Assembly: GCA_019358935.1 (NCBI GenBank) | Contig: JAHHIK010000035.1 | Coordinates: 1 to 64,000 of the forward strand | Origin: Tolypothrix carrinoi HA7290-LM1 | GTDB taxonomy: Bacteria > Cyanobacteriota > Cyanobacteriia > Cyanobacteriales > Nostocaceae | Direction of reading: 5' to 3' | DNA length: 64,000 nt | Part shown: positions 39,093 through 50,053 of the stretch, in pieces | How the letters are laid out: every line of letters starts with the position of its first letter | How positions within the stretch are numbered: the first letter of the stretch is position 1 | The notes under the pieces: model-generated | What the model saw: the letters and a program-made list of their open reading frames with translations, nothing else | Database searches by the model: none | What the model was told of the DNA's origin: nothing | Made by a program: the position numbers and the translations under genes

Positions 39093-39962
39093 TCATTCCC
39101 CAAAGAAAGAACAATCATACAAATCTCCTACCGATTGATAACCGATCGCCTGATAAATACGGTTAGAAGTCGGGTTTGCCAAGTCGGTGAATAAAAAGCA
39201 GTATTTGTGTCCGCGAGATAGTAAAATCTGGCTCAAAGCTGCTACACAAGAACTAGCGTAACCCTTGCCACGGTATTCCGGCGGTGTGTACACTAGACTA
39301 ATTGCCGCACCGTTGGGCGTTATCCCAACATGACAAGCCATTGAGACGGGGGTTTCATCCTGCCAAAGGTAAGCTGTACCTCGCTGTAAATGGCGATCGA
39401 CAGTGCGTTCTGTATTTGTCGCAGCAATACCCAAAGCTTCCAACACAAAGGCTTCAAACCAATCGATCAGCAATTCGCGATCGCGCTCAGTCGCTTGACG
39501 TAATTCACCCGTTGCTTGAGAAATCTTCTCAACCTGTTTCAATTGAAAAGCACGCAGCGCCATTTTTATTTCGTAGGATTGACTGGTAAGCGATCGCCAA
39601 GTTTCTGCAAAAGCTTTTGCCTCAGCATTAGGACCATTGACTTGCGCTAATGAATTTTCTGTGAGGTGTAAATTTTGAGCTAAGACGCGGAGCGACTTGT
39701 CGTCAGACATCGCCTCTATTGCCCCAAAATCCTGTATCTTGGACAATAGCAAGTTCCGGGATGGTGTTCTCATTGCTACTGCAACGATATCTCCCTCAGC
39801 TTCCACGGTTGCTAAAAGTGGCTTTTCCTCGAAGGCTTCGGGATTGTGAATCAAGCTGTGGCAAAGTACAAGCAGCCGGTTATGAAGTGCTTCATCTCTG
39901 AGCAAGTAATCTTTTACCCGGTCATAAAATTGATTTGCATCCTGATATCGATAGACTTTCAT
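39093..39962 (-). CDS. GNAT family N-acetyltransferase (tandem paralog)
   Basis: VYTPPEYRGKGYAS...NPTSNRIYQAIGY; aligns end to end with 38205-39065. Confidence 0.9.
   Translation of the reverse strand: MKVYRYQDANQFYDRVKDYLLRDEALHNRLLVLCHSLIHNPEAFEEKPLLATVEAEGDIVAVAMRTPSRNLLLSKIQDFGAIEAMSDDKSLRVLAQNLHLTENSLAQVNGPNAEAKAFAETWRSLTSQSYEIKMALRAFQLKQVEKISQATGELRQATERDRELLIDWFEAFVLEALGIAATNTERTVDRHLQRGTAYLWQDETPVSMACHVGITPNGAAISLVYTPPEYRGKGYASSCVAALSQILLSRGHKYCFLFTDLANPTSNRIYQAIGYQSVGDLYDCSFFGE
39682..39708 (+). repeat. 27-bp element inserted in a HIP1 site
   Basis: The paralog has an intact GCGATCGC at 38808-38815 at the equivalent position. Confidence 0.8.
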
Positions 39963-39963
39963 T

Positions 39964-41190
39964 TCAATTACCCAAATTTTCTTTGCCAGTAGTACTACTC
40001 ATTTGTTCTCGCAAAATAGCAACTTGAGAAATCATAATTTTCTCCATCGCTCCAGCTTCCATTGTTGTCATCCAGCGAATCATAGATGAGAGAAATAGTT
40101 CTTTCAAGTACGCGAAAGAAAAGTTATCTGTCATTGCAACTATCTGATTTAAAACATCTTCAGATAGACGCATTGCAGTTTGCAGGCGATTGTTCCAAAA
40201 TTCTATGTAAGCTTGTCGTACTGTGATATCTGGCAGTTCAAAATGATACTTGCGGTCAAAACGACTGGGGCGATCGCGAATTGCTGAATCTAATTTTTCT
40301 GGATGATTGGTTGTCGCAAGAGTGACAATTCCCTCATTATACGCAAAACCGTCAAGTTCATTCAAAAAGAAAGAGCGATTTTCATCAGTTAATAAAGAAT
40401 CAATATCTTCTAAAACCAAAATACAAGGAGCAGATTGTCGTGCTTGTTTGAAGACTTTACGGATGTTTTCGCTATCAGTATCATACTCTGATTTAAAGCT
40501 TTTAATATACAAGCAAGGCTGCTGCATTTTATTAATTAATGCTTTTACTGTGTGCGTCTTGCCATTTCCTGGGGAACCGATAAACAAAATTCCTCGCTTC
40601 CAAGGTACATTATAAGCTGCGTAAGTTTCGCGACATGCAAAGAAGTTTGTCAAGTCGTCTTGAATGTCTTGTTTGAGAGTCCCATGCAAAATCAGATTCT
40701 CAAAAGTTGCATTTTTAATTGCTTGAAATAGTTCCGGATTTTTTGCCCAGTAACCATCTTCAAATACTAAAACTTCGTCGCGAATTTCTGAGTTCCAATC
40801 ACAAACAGCAGTAAAAAAGCTTTCGGCAATCTCTTTGCTATCAGCTAAAATCCAGTAATAGCGAATTTTACAAAAACCTTCCTGCCAACTCATTAATAGT
40901 ATATCGAGTTTGTGTCCTTGCCATATCACCTCGAAGTTAGCATTTTCGGTATAATTGTCAATTTTATTTTCCATTCCATCCCAGCTTGTGAGAATCTGGT
41001 TGTGGATGGATGTTTGCTGGTGAAGAAAGCAAAAGTTTGCTTTTGCATACTTCTCTAAATTAAATGTAGAATCGCTACCTTCTACCAGTGCTTTTTCGGG
41101 ATAAAGTGCGGCTAAGTGTTGACTGACATGATAAGCGATCGCATTATTAGGAAGGCTAAGTGCTTCTGTAATCAATTGTTGGATTTTCAC
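39964..41190 (-). CDS. AAA+ ATPase
   Basis: GSPGNGKT, LVLEDID, TTNHPEKLD, RPSRFD; GTG start. Confidence 0.92.
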   Translation of the reverse strand: MKIQQLITEALSLPNNAIAYHVSQHLAALYPEKALVEGSDSTFNLEKYAKANFCFLHQQTSIHNQILTSWDGMENKIDNYTENANFEVIWQGHKLDILLMSWQEGFCKIRYYWILADSKEIAESFFTAVCDWNSEIRDEVLVFEDGYWAKNPELFQAIKNATFENLILHGTLKQDIQDDLTNFFACRETYAAYNVPWKRGILFIGSPGNGKTHTVKALINKMQQPCLYIKSFKSEYDTDSENIRKVFKQARQSAPCILVLEDIDSLLTDENRSFFLNELDGFAYNEGIVTLATTNHPEKLDSAIRDRPSRFDRKYHFELPDITVRQAYIEFWNNRLQTAMRLSEDVLNQIVAMTDNFSFAYLKELFLSSMIRWMTTMEAGAMEKIMISQVAILREQMSSTTGKENLGN

Positions 41191-41303
41191 GTTTATTTAT
41201 TCCCCTGGTTGTGGCATGATAATCAATACGCTTGGGAATTATCTACAAGACATCTAGGACGAATTCCTGATATTAATATTATTTAAGGCTTTGTTTGTAA
41301 GGC

Positions 41304-42506
41304 TTAAACAAATTTTTGCTCAAACTTATACATTAAATCTATTCTTCCTTTACGTAACATTGCGGGGTCTAATCTTTCAGTTGTGTTGCAAGTCATCAAA
41401 ATGACCAAACGCTGTTGCATTTGAATACCAGACTCGTCAATTACACTTTGGTATAATGTGCCATCCAACAAACTGAGAATGTGTTCCGTTTTATTATTGT
41501 ATTGCGCTACTTCGCTGGCACGGTCTTGTGCTAAGTTATCAGCTTCGTTGATAATAATACAAATTCTTTCTAAATATGTGGGTGGGACAAAGTTAGCGAT
41601 CGCATCGTGATCTAAAATAAAAATCACATATCCTAAAGGCACAAGAATTTCTTTGGCTACAGCTTGCGTCCATGCGGTTTTACCTGTACCCGGTTCACCA
41701 TGTACTAAAACTGCTAACTGCTTTTGATTGAGAACCGCTTGCTGTACTGAATCTGTAAAACTTTGGATATCTTCTGGAAAAGTCCGAATCGGAAATTGAC
41801 TGTGAACCTTACCCACACGACTTTGATATCCACTCAGCATCATTGCCAAATCATAAGTTGCTTTGTTAATTAATGGCGTTAATTTTCTTGCCATTAAAGT
41901 ATACTGTCGTCGTCCGCGATCGTAAGGATTAATTTCCAGCCAAACGTCATACTTAGACCAGTAAGCATAAACTGTATTTATCACATCTAAGCGTTCCCAG
42001 TTAGAAAATCGTTCCACCGGAAAATAAAAATCTCGTTCTAAATAATATTGAGTAATAATATCTGGACGACCTAATAATTCTAAAACTCTTAATACAGTAA
42101 TTTCTTGAAGTCTATTAAGAACGTAATCAATGGGGATACTGTTGCGGCTCACAAATTGAACGATGGGCGTTTCTGTACTTAAAATATCTTTATAGCGATG
42201 ATCTGGTGAGTTAGGTTCAGGTGTGATGTAATTCCAAAGTTTTTCTATTTCGTAGCGCGTATTATCAGAAACTACATTTAATATATTAGCCCACCAAGCA
42301 TAATTAGTCCGTCCCAAATTATCAGCAATATTACTTGCTAAATTCAAACTTTTTTGAGTTAATTCCCCTGCGTCGGTATGCAACAAATGCCACAAAAAGC
42401 CCCAGTCAAACTCTCGGTTAAATGGTCGCCAACCGCTAGCAAGTAAGCTTTGACGATTGTTATTCGTTGGAGTGCCTTCATTGTGTCTAAAATAATCAAA
42501 ATCCAT
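41304..42506 (-). CDS. AAA+ ATPase with non-canonical Walker B (IIINEAD)
   Basis: GEPGTGKT, LDPAMLRKGRID. Confidence 0.88.
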   Translation of the reverse strand: MDFDYFRHNEGTPTNNNRQSLLASGWRPFNREFDWGFLWHLLHTDAGELTQKSLNLASNIADNLGRTNYAWWANILNVVSDNTRYEIEKLWNYITPEPNSPDHRYKDILSTETPIVQFVSRNSIPIDYVLNRLQEITVLRVLELLGRPDIITQYYLERDFYFPVERFSNWERLDVINTVYAYWSKYDVWLEINPYDRGRRQYTLMARKLTPLINKATYDLAMMLSGYQSRVGKVHSQFPIRTFPEDIQSFTDSVQQAVLNQKQLAVLVHGEPGTGKTAWTQAVAKEILVPLGYVIFILDHDAIANFVPPTYLERICIIINEADNLAQDRASEVAQYNNKTEHILSLLDGTLYQSVIDESGIQMQQRLVILMTCNTTERLDPAMLRKGRIDLMYKFEQKFV

Positions 42507-42931
42507 ATTTTCAGTTGTGCGGCAGTGGTTGAGTTGTTCTGTTGTAATGCAGGAGATGGGAAAAAAGTTTTCTTGTACTATAAACTACAATAAGTGCAAG
42601 TTGCCACTTTCATTATCCATCACAGAAGAAAAAACTCCGCAGGGGAGTTTGTACACAAATGATGAACAAGGATAAGCAGTTCAACCTAATTAAACATAAA
42701 ATTCAGGTAGGGTGCGTAAGTCCTAAGTACGGCACCCTACTTCTAAGCTTACCTTGCAGGTTTTGGGTGCTGACTCGCTTTTCTATGTAAGATGCGCGGC
42801 TATTAGGACACGCAAGCAGTTCAATTTTAAGTGATTTTTCTTGATTTGTAGTTACAACAGCACAGGTATATCGCCAAGTTATAGTTTATCACTTTCTAAT
42901 TATAGTAATTATTCAAGCGATATTAACTTGG

Positions 42932-43144
42932 TATAGCAATCCCAAATAAGAGAGTAAAAATTTCTCTCTTTTCTTTCCTCTGTGTCCTCTCTCTTGAAAA
43001 GGTCTGATGCCTTCGGCAACCCCTTCGGGGAACGGAGGAAACCTCCGCTCAGACTTTTCGCTGCTTTCTCTGCGGTAGCCTACGGCAACGCCAAGGGCGA
43101 ACGTTAATTCAAGTCTTTTTCGCAAATCAAATAGGACTGCTATA
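42932..43144. mobile_element. IS630-like MITE (TATAGCAATCC...GGACTGCTATA) with internal small repeats
   Basis: Imperfect TIRs bounded by TA. Confidence 0.65.
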
Positions 43145-43151
43145 TTTATTA

Positions 43152-44144
43152 TTAATGTAGTTCAGTTCCATCTTGACGAAGTAGATAGCGATCGCTGATT
43201 AATTTCAGCACTACTCTACCTATTTCCGGATGCGTTCTCTCAACTATTGGTTGCACAACAACACCTTCCATCATACAAATTGGACTTGTGACACTATCAG
43301 CATTATTGAACTGAGACACCGCCTGCCAACTGTAAGCACCAATATAAAGTAAAGGCACTCGCGGTAAATTAAATTCTTCACAAAAATCTACCAACTCACT
43401 GTAATTTAGGAATTTTCCATCACGACGTACAGCAAATAAAGCAATTTTAATTTTGCCATTGTTCAAGCCGTATTTAATATCTTGTACGCCGTATATTTCC
43501 CCAAAAACTTGAGTATTTAATGGTAGTTTATGCAAAGCTTCATTTTCGTTGTATGCTCTGATGTAAACTAGAGTTTTATTCGCTTCGCTATTTTTCCAAA
43601 AGTAATTGTGACTGCCAACTTTTATTATGCCATCAACATCAACTAAGACGGTGAAGTTAGTTCCGTGCAGCTTCTCTGTGACTACTACTTCTTCACCTTC
43701 AATTAACACATCTTTGTAACGCTTTAAATTCTCTGGATTGGGGAATTTATAGTGTCCAATATGGCTTTCCATTTCTCCACTCATTCCGCGAGGAATTGGG
43801 TATTCGTATTTAGTTACACCAAAATACTCGGTATAATCATCTCCGACGTTGACTTGTTCGTTATCACCTACAGGAATCAGCAAACCTTCAGAAAAAATTC
43901 CTCGCAATTTAGCTGCACGCAGTTTTTTAGAGTAGTAGTTGCGAATGCCAAATTCATCGACAAACGAAGATGGAATTACGCTATCAATCGGAAAGTAAAA
44001 TGCTAAATCTCCAATCTTTAAGTTACCTTTGGCGGTGATAACTTGATACGCCATATTTTCAACCATAGCAATATCTAGCCTATCAGCATTGGGGTGAGGA
44101 TTAACGCTGCTTATTTTGACTACTTCAACTTTAAATATGCTCAT
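43152..44144 (-). CDS. ATP-dependent RNA ligase, Rnl2/DRB0094-like
   Basis: N-terminal HPNADRLD and LRGIFSEGL module; nucleotidyltransferase motifs TEKLHGTN, FGEIYG, EGVVV, LKLIS. Confidence 0.9.
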   Translation of the reverse strand: MSIFKVEVVKISSVNPHPNADRLDIAMVENMAYQVITAKGNLKIGDLAFYFPIDSVIPSSFVDEFGIRNYYSKKLRAAKLRGIFSEGLLIPVGDNEQVNVGDDYTEYFGVTKYEYPIPRGMSGEMESHIGHYKFPNPENLKRYKDVLIEGEEVVVTEKLHGTNFTVLVDVDGIIKVGSHNYFWKNSEANKTLVYIRAYNENEALHKLPLNTQVFGEIYGVQDIKYGLNNGKIKIALFAVRRDGKFLNYSELVDFCEEFNLPRVPLLYIGAYSWQAVSQFNNADSVTSPICMMEGVVVQPIVERTHPEIGRVVLKLISDRYLLRQDGTELH

Positions 44145-44204
44145 GGTTCACCTCATGGTTGAAAGCAGAGTGAGAAAATCCCACCCTACTAAATCATCGC
44201 AGTA

Positions 44205-44807
44205 CTACTTTTCAATTTTTTCGCCTAGCAGAAAGCGAACAAAGCGACAAACTTGGATATTTTCACCAAACTTAGATATAGATTGTTTCACCAGTTCTTC
44301 TACCGTGATATTTTGGTCACGAATGTAAGGCTGATTCATCAAAGACATTTCTTTGAGACGTTTTTCAATCCGTCCTTGAATAATTTTGGCTTTGATATTT
44401 TCTGGTTTATTAGCCAAGTCATCCCGTCCTAATTCGATTTTTTTTTCTTTATCGACAACTTCAACGGGAATATCTGTTATGTTCACGTATTCAATATTTG
44501 GACAAGCCGCAATTTGCATGGCGATGTTTTTTGCCAAGATTTGAAATTCCGGACTGCGACTAACAAAATCAGTTTCGCAATTCACTTCTACCAGCACACC
44601 GACTTTACCACCAGTGTGAATGTAGCTTTCAATCAGTCCTTCTGCTGCAATGCGATTTGTGATAGTAGATACCATACTTTTTTGCCGCAACCAGGCGATC
44701 GCTTGATTCATATCACCATTACATTCTGTCAGCGCTTTTTTACAACTCATCATCCCCGCGCCAGTTTTTTCCCGCAGTTCTTTGACAAGTTTTGCAGATA
44801 TTTCCAT
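44205..44807 (-). CDS. tsf: Elongation factor Ts paralog (short form)
   Basis: [35 protein letters not shown]; no rpsB upstream. Confidence 0.92.
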   Translation of the reverse strand: MEISAKLVKELREKTGAGMMSCKKALTECNGDMNQAIAWLRQKSMVSTITNRIAAEGLIESYIHTGGKVGVLVEVNCETDFVSRSPEFQILAKNIAMQIAACPNIEYVNITDIPVEVVDKEKKIELGRDDLANKPENIKAKIIQGRIEKRLKEMSLMNQPYIRDQNITVEELVKQSISKFGENIQVCRFVRFLLGEKIEK

Positions 44808-45051
44808 GATTTTGCCTTGTATTTAAAGACGCAAGTAGAATAAGTCATAATTTATAAAAATAGTATTTACGTATATCATATCTGCCACTATTACGACAGC
44901 ATTTTTAGAAAGAAACATCCACCAAGCACAAGGATAAAGGTTTTCTTTACCCAGTTTTTCGGAAATTTCCTTATATCTGCGATCGCTAACCAGAAAGAGT
45001 GGCTTTTGTCTAACTTAGAAATATATGATGCTTTTGTTTATCGCTATCTTT

Positions 45052-45080
45052 ATACTACATTAATACTACAAATGTGTCAA
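45052..45080 (-). promoter_or_regulatory. Sigma70 promoter TTGACA-N17-TAGTAT overlapped by the direct repeat TGTAGTAT x2
   Basis: Minus strand reads TTGACACATTTGTAGTATTAATGTAGTATAAAG. Confidence 0.7.
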
Positions 45081-45462
45081 GGGGGTGGATGGTAATTTTT
45101 ACTCTTGTGCGATCGCCCAAAGAAGAAATAAGGACTGAAGTCCTGACTACAAAGTAGGTTAATTTTCTTTGATAAAAATGTAAGAAAGTGGTATAATGTA
45201 AAATTATAATTAAATTTATTAACGTTTTCTCACTTGAGTGCTATCATCCTTTACATTTATCTCATATAATCAAGAAGTGTTTGATCGCTTTGTCAGTTTG
45301 ATATATTCTTTCCTCGTGCATGTGTTGAGTGAGCAAAGATTATCAACTTTGAAGGTCGAAACAAGAGCCAGTCTGGAATGAGCGCTTTAGAACCGCTCTG
45401 TTGGATGCCTCCGCTGTTATCTGTTATAACTACGATGTTCAATATCATCTTCTGGAGAAGAT

Positions 45463-45915
45463 ATGGATTTGGCACGTTCTTTCATTAGTGAAGAAAAGAA
45501 GCCCAACTATCCGCAGCCTTTGGTTTTGGCGGTGGAAGACAACGATGATAATTTAATGCTGATTACCTATACCCTGGAGTCACTTGGTTGTAAACTCATT
45601 TGTCAAACAGACAGTTCTTCAACGCTACTTGTAGCCAAAGAGTATCAACCAGATTTGATACTGATGGATATTTTGTTACCTGGTCTGAGTGGTATCGATG
45701 TAGTACGTTATCTGAAAAAAGAACCGCTAACTTGTCAAATTCCGGTGATAGCAGTTACAGCTTTAGCAAGCCCGGAGGAACGAGAACGCATCCTCATGGC
45801 AGGCTTTGATGATTATATCAGCAAGCCTTACATGATTGAAGACCTAGAAGCGCTGATTTGCAAAGTCTTGGGTAAAAAGCTAAATCCGGAATTTTGTTTT
45901 GACCTACAGCAATAG
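45463..45915 (+). CDS. Single-domain response regulator
   Basis: VEDNDDN, PDLILMD, YISKP. Confidence 0.92.
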   Translation: MDLARSFISEEKKPNYPQPLVLAVEDNDDNLMLITYTLESLGCKLICQTDSSSTLLVAKEYQPDLILMDILLPGLSGIDVVRYLKKEPLTCQIPVIAVTALASPEERERILMAGFDDYISKPYMIEDLEALICKVLGKKLNPEFCFDLQQ

Positions 45916-45916
45916 T

Positions 45917-46354
45917 TTATTCAGCAGATGTCTCACTATCGCTTTTATCTGTTGTCTTTTTTTTAGTCTTGGAAGTTAAAGGGGAATTGCGAATATTTGG
46001 GGTATCCGTGAGTAAAGCTATAATTCCTGTGCGTCCTGTCTCTAGTGTGGCATCGCTAAGTAGTTCAACTACCTCGACATTTAATATATCTTCAATTAGC
46101 GTTTTGAGTTGAGGTTGAATTGCTTCATCTAAATCAGCTCGTACTTGTTCTGCAAGTTCAATTCGACCGGTTTGTGCTAGCAACTGCTCTGGTTGAGTGA
46201 TGGAATTTTCCAGGATGATGGTAAGATTGCTATCGGATAATTGACAGGTAACTTTACTCGGCTGATGTCCTAGTTGGTCACGGTACAAAGCTTGGATACG
46301 CTGCGCGAGTGTTCTTTGAATTTGTCCACGGGTTGGGGTTGATGTTGTCGTCAT
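45917..46354 (-). CDS. DUF2294-like protein
   Basis: QALYRDQLGHQPSKV...TQPEQLL...TGRTGII. Confidence 0.8.
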   Translation of the reverse strand: MTTTSTPTRGQIQRTLAQRIQALYRDQLGHQPSKVTCQLSDSNLTIILENSITQPEQLLAQTGRIELAEQVRADLDEAIQPQLKTLIEDILNVEVVELLSDATLETGRTGIIALLTDTPNIRNSPLTSKTKKKTTDKSDSETSAE

Positions 46355-46614
46355 GTGTTGTTTTACTGTAGATTTAGACAACTACCGTTAAGCCAAAAAG
46401 TATTGCGATCTACTTTTATTAATTATTGATTACTTTCTGAGTTATCAGCAGTAGTGGACTCTTACGATGTAATTAAATTGAGAACTTCAGTTGCAACTGT
46501 GGTTATTATAGTAATAGCCACTGCCAAAAGTCAGCGTCCAAATGTAGTATTTCTCACTCGTTTTTTATCCGTCTCCTGGTTTATTCGATTGGTAATTTTA
46601 GATATAGCTAATGG

Positions 46615-47748
46615 CTAATTGCTCAATTGACTTTGCTTTGGTAAGCGCACACTAAATACACTACCCTTACCTACTTCAGAGAAAAGCTCAATCGTTCCTC
46701 CATGTGCTTCGACAATCAGACGGGATAAATGCAGTCCCAAACCGCTACCGGCGCGTTTATTTCTACCTTGTCGAAAGCGCTCGAAAATTGTTGCTTGGTC
46801 TTCGGCAGCTATCCCATAACCAGTATCTTCTATCTCAATTGTTACCAAATTTTTACCGTTATTCTGTGCGGATTCAAAAATGCGAGTTTCTATCCCTCCT
46901 GTATCTGTAAACTTGATAGCGTTACCGATTAAGTTGCTGAAAACGCGCCGCAATTCCAAGCGATCGCCTGTAACTATACCAGCATTTTCACTTAGTTTTT
47001 CCAAACCGCTAGTATCTATTTTTAAAGTTAAGCCTTTATCGTTAGCAATAGGATTTAATTCTTCAACTACTTCAGTTAGCATTTCTGGTAAATTGCAAAT
47101 TTCCGAATTCAAGGTCTTTTTACCAGCCTCAATCCGATAAACTTCTAGCAGATTGTTCACCATCTGCGTCAAGTTATGGTTGCTGCGAATCATCACAGCG
47201 ATCGCTTGTTTCATTTCTGGGGAAATCTTGCAGAAAATCTCTTGCTGAAATAAATTCAACATTCGATCCGATGCTACTAACGGAGTTCGCAAATCATGCG
47301 TCATCCGCGAAACAAAGTCTTCTCGCTGACGTGCCATTTTTTGTTGTTCGTCAAGACTGTGTTTCAAACGTAGAAGCGATCGCACTCTTGCCAGTAGCTC
47401 ATCTGTATCAAATGGTTTTCTAATAAAATCATCCGCTCCCGCATCCAAACCTTCAACAACGCTAGATTCAGTAAAAGCTGTAATTAGCAGAATCGGAATG
47501 TAAGGCAATTCAGTGTTACTACGTATCCGCCGTGTCACTTCATAACCATCTATTCCCGGCATCATCACATCGAGCAAAATCAAATCTGGTGGTGATTCTG
47601 TAATTTGCTGCAAAGCAGTTATCCCATCTGCGACTAAATCCATCTCAAATCCTTCACTTTCTAAAATCGTCTGAACGAGGATGAGATTATCTGGAGTATC
47701 ATCAACAGCGAGAATACGATCAATTTTTGAAGTTTCAACAACAGACAT
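46615..47748 (-). CDS. Hybrid response regulator/histidine kinase
   Basis: REC domain, THDLRTPL, HATPase. Confidence 0.93.
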   Translation of the reverse strand: MSVVETSKIDRILAVDDTPDNLILVQTILESEGFEMDLVADGITALQQITESPPDLILLDVMMPGIDGYEVTRRIRSNTELPYIPILLITAFTESSVVEGLDAGADDFIRKPFDTDELLARVRSLLRLKHSLDEQQKMARQREDFVSRMTHDLRTPLVASDRMLNLFQQEIFCKISPEMKQAIAVMIRSNHNLTQMVNNLLEVYRIEAGKKTLNSEICNLPEMLTEVVEELNPIANDKGLTLKIDTSGLEKLSENAGIVTGDRLELRRVFSNLIGNAIKFTDTGGIETRIFESAQNNGKNLVTIEIEDTGYGIAAEDQATIFERFRQGRNKRAGSGLGLHLSRLIVEAHGGTIELFSEVGKGSVFSVRLPKQSQLSN

Positions 47749-47774
47749 GATTTACCGGCTTTTTTAAAGGAATT

Positions 47775-49091
47775 TTAGAGTTTTTGGTCTCGGTATCTCA
47801 GCGAAGTTTCGTTTTGCGGAGGATACTGGTAATTTTGGTTATTTTGATTATTTAATCTCGGTTCTGTGGGATTTTCGTCTTTGTTCAATAATGATATTTG
47901 ACGTGGTATTTCAATACGAAACATTGAACCATGACCCAACTTACTTTCAATAATAATTTTGCCGTCCATAATTTGCACCAGCGAATCTATAATTGCCAAA
48001 CCCAGACCTGTGCCGGGATATTTGCGGGTGGTGGATTGATCGACTTGCCGGAATGCTTCAAAAATATGATTTAAATCTTCGGCAGCGATACCAATACCTG
48101 TATCGCGAATGGCGATCGCTATTTGATTTTGTCCTATTTCTTTAATATCGATCCAAATATTGCCAGATTCTGTAAATTTAATCGCGTTTGAAAGCAAATT
48201 CGTGATAATTTGTCGCACGCGCAAACAGTCATTAAACACCATCGGGTTTTGCAACTGATTTTGAACCAGCACCGTCAGTTTTTTGGCTTCTGCTAGAGAA
48301 CGCATTTCTGCAACTGTGGCATTAACTATCTTTGATAAATCAAAGATTCCTGGTTTTAACTGTATCCCTCCGGCTTCTAAATGGGAAAAATCGAGAACTT
48401 CGTTCAGCAGCACCAGTAAATTTTTGCCATTATTTAAGATTCGCTGCACCATATCTTTTTGCTTAAGCGTAATTTCCCCACCTTTGGGACGCAGCAATAA
48501 TTGCGAAAACCCGATGATGGCATTCAGGGGTGTCCGCAATTCATGAGATATTGTGGCTAAAAACTGAGTTTTCAGACGCGATGCTTCTAATAACTTTAGG
48601 TTTTGTAACTGAATTTGTTGGCGTTGTTTTTCTAGTTCATAGTTTTTCCGAATCAGTTCCTCGTTAGTTTCGCGGATCTGTCTGTCTGCCAAGGCTACCT
48701 GCATTTCTGCGCGATAAACCCGGATGGCATTTCGCAGAACTTGCGCCAACGTTTCCGGGGATACTCTACACTTAGATAGATAATCTGTAGCACCAGCTTT
48801 CATCAGTTCCACAGCGATTTGCTCATCTCCTTGAGCTGTGAGAACTACTAAGGGAACTTTGATTTTTGCTCTTCGTATTCTTTGGATCAGCGTTAAGCCA
48901 TCTTGGTCTGGTAGACGATAGTCGAGGAAAACACAGTCATAGCTATTATCGTTTAAAGCAGCGATCGCACTTTCACAGTCTTCTGCTTCCGACAGTTGCA
49001 TCCGCACACCTGCTTTTGTCAAAGCCCGACGCACAGCCATGCGATCCACTATGTCATCGTCTACTAGCAAAATTGAGAGCGTTTCTTCCAT
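47775..49091 (-). CDS. Hybrid response regulator/histidine kinase
   Basis: REC domain, SHELRTPL, GTGLGL. Confidence 0.93.
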   Translation of the reverse strand: MEETLSILLVDDDIVDRMAVRRALTKAGVRMQLSEAEDCESAIAALNDNSYDCVFLDYRLPDQDGLTLIQRIRRAKIKVPLVVLTAQGDEQIAVELMKAGATDYLSKCRVSPETLAQVLRNAIRVYRAEMQVALADRQIRETNEELIRKNYELEKQRQQIQLQNLKLLEASRLKTQFLATISHELRTPLNAIIGFSQLLLRPKGGEITLKQKDMVQRILNNGKNLLVLLNEVLDFSHLEAGGIQLKPGIFDLSKIVNATVAEMRSLAEAKKLTVLVQNQLQNPMVFNDCLRVRQIITNLLSNAIKFTESGNIWIDIKEIGQNQIAIAIRDTGIGIAAEDLNHIFEAFRQVDQSTTRKYPGTGLGLAIIDSLVQIMDGKIIIESKLGHGSMFRIEIPRQISLLNKDENPTEPRLNNQNNQNYQYPPQNETSLRYRDQKL

Positions 49092-49244
49092 CGGCTTGAG
49101 TTATCGCTTTCAAATAAAGGTTCATGTATAACATTTCTATTTTCAAATCCATCACGGGAATTTTCTCTTTTATATTTTAAATTTTTACATTGGCAGAAAC
49201 TGATAACTGTTAACTTTTAACCAATTTCAAATTCAAAATCTACC

Positions 49245-49676
49245 TTATGGCATTTCACATAATGTCCAATAATTATTGAGTGTTGCCATTAATTCGACAA
49301 AATTACCAAACGTTACAGGTTTAAGTATATACCCAGCTACATTTAAATTGTATGCTTCCACTCTATCTTGATCCTGGTTGGAAGTTGTCATCACAACCAC
49401 AGGGGTAGGTTTCAATTGAGGGTCAGAGCGTAATTCAACTAAAAATTCAATTCCGCCCATTTTCGGCATATTCAAATCCAATAAAATTAAGCGTCGCGCA
49501 GCGGGGACTTGCGGTGGTTCACCGTTACTGCTTCGTAGCATCGAGAGCGCTTCTATTCCATTTGTCGCCACGTAAACTGGGTTAGTGATATTAATTTTTT
49601 TGAATGCCCGCTGCACATTCATTACATCAACTTCGTCATCCTCCACTAGTAGTATATTAATCACGTTTTCTGGCAT
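49245..49676 (-). CDS. Rcp1-like response regulator
   Basis: LLVEDD, LLDLNMPK, YILKP. Confidence 0.92.
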   Translation of the reverse strand: MPENVINILLVEDDEVDVMNVQRAFKKINITNPVYVATNGIEALSMLRSSNGEPPQVPAARRLILLDLNMPKMGGIEFLVELRSDPQLKPTPVVVMTTSNQDQDRVEAYNLNVAGYILKPVTFGNFVELMATLNNYWTLCEMP

Positions 49677-50053
49677 TTCCTTGGATATAAATTAGCAAGG
49701 TCAGAAATTATACTTTAGTATATTTACCATAAATCGCCTTGGAGGATATAGTTAATTATTCGCTGTTTACTGCAAACAATACAACTATTAGCAATTCTTT
49801 GACTGAGAATGATTATCTACTACGATCCCCATTGGAGATAGCGTATCATAAAATACGGCATCATCAAACTCAACCCCATTGTAAATGAACGAGCGATCGC
49901 CTGTCCTCAGCCATTGGTGAGAGTTAGATTTAAACTTTTGTTGCTCGAAATTTTCAGCAGTTTTCCTCAAAAATTTACGAATAAGTTTTCAAAACTCCAA
50001 ACTTCTAACTTTTGTACAGACGTTCCGCGCTTTACGTCTCTACCTAACTTTTT

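Noticed and set aside
42717..42750. TGCGTAAGTCCT as another MITE end
   Set aside because: It sits in the loop of a GTAGGGTGC..GCACCCTAC REP-like hairpin, with no partner end or TSD.
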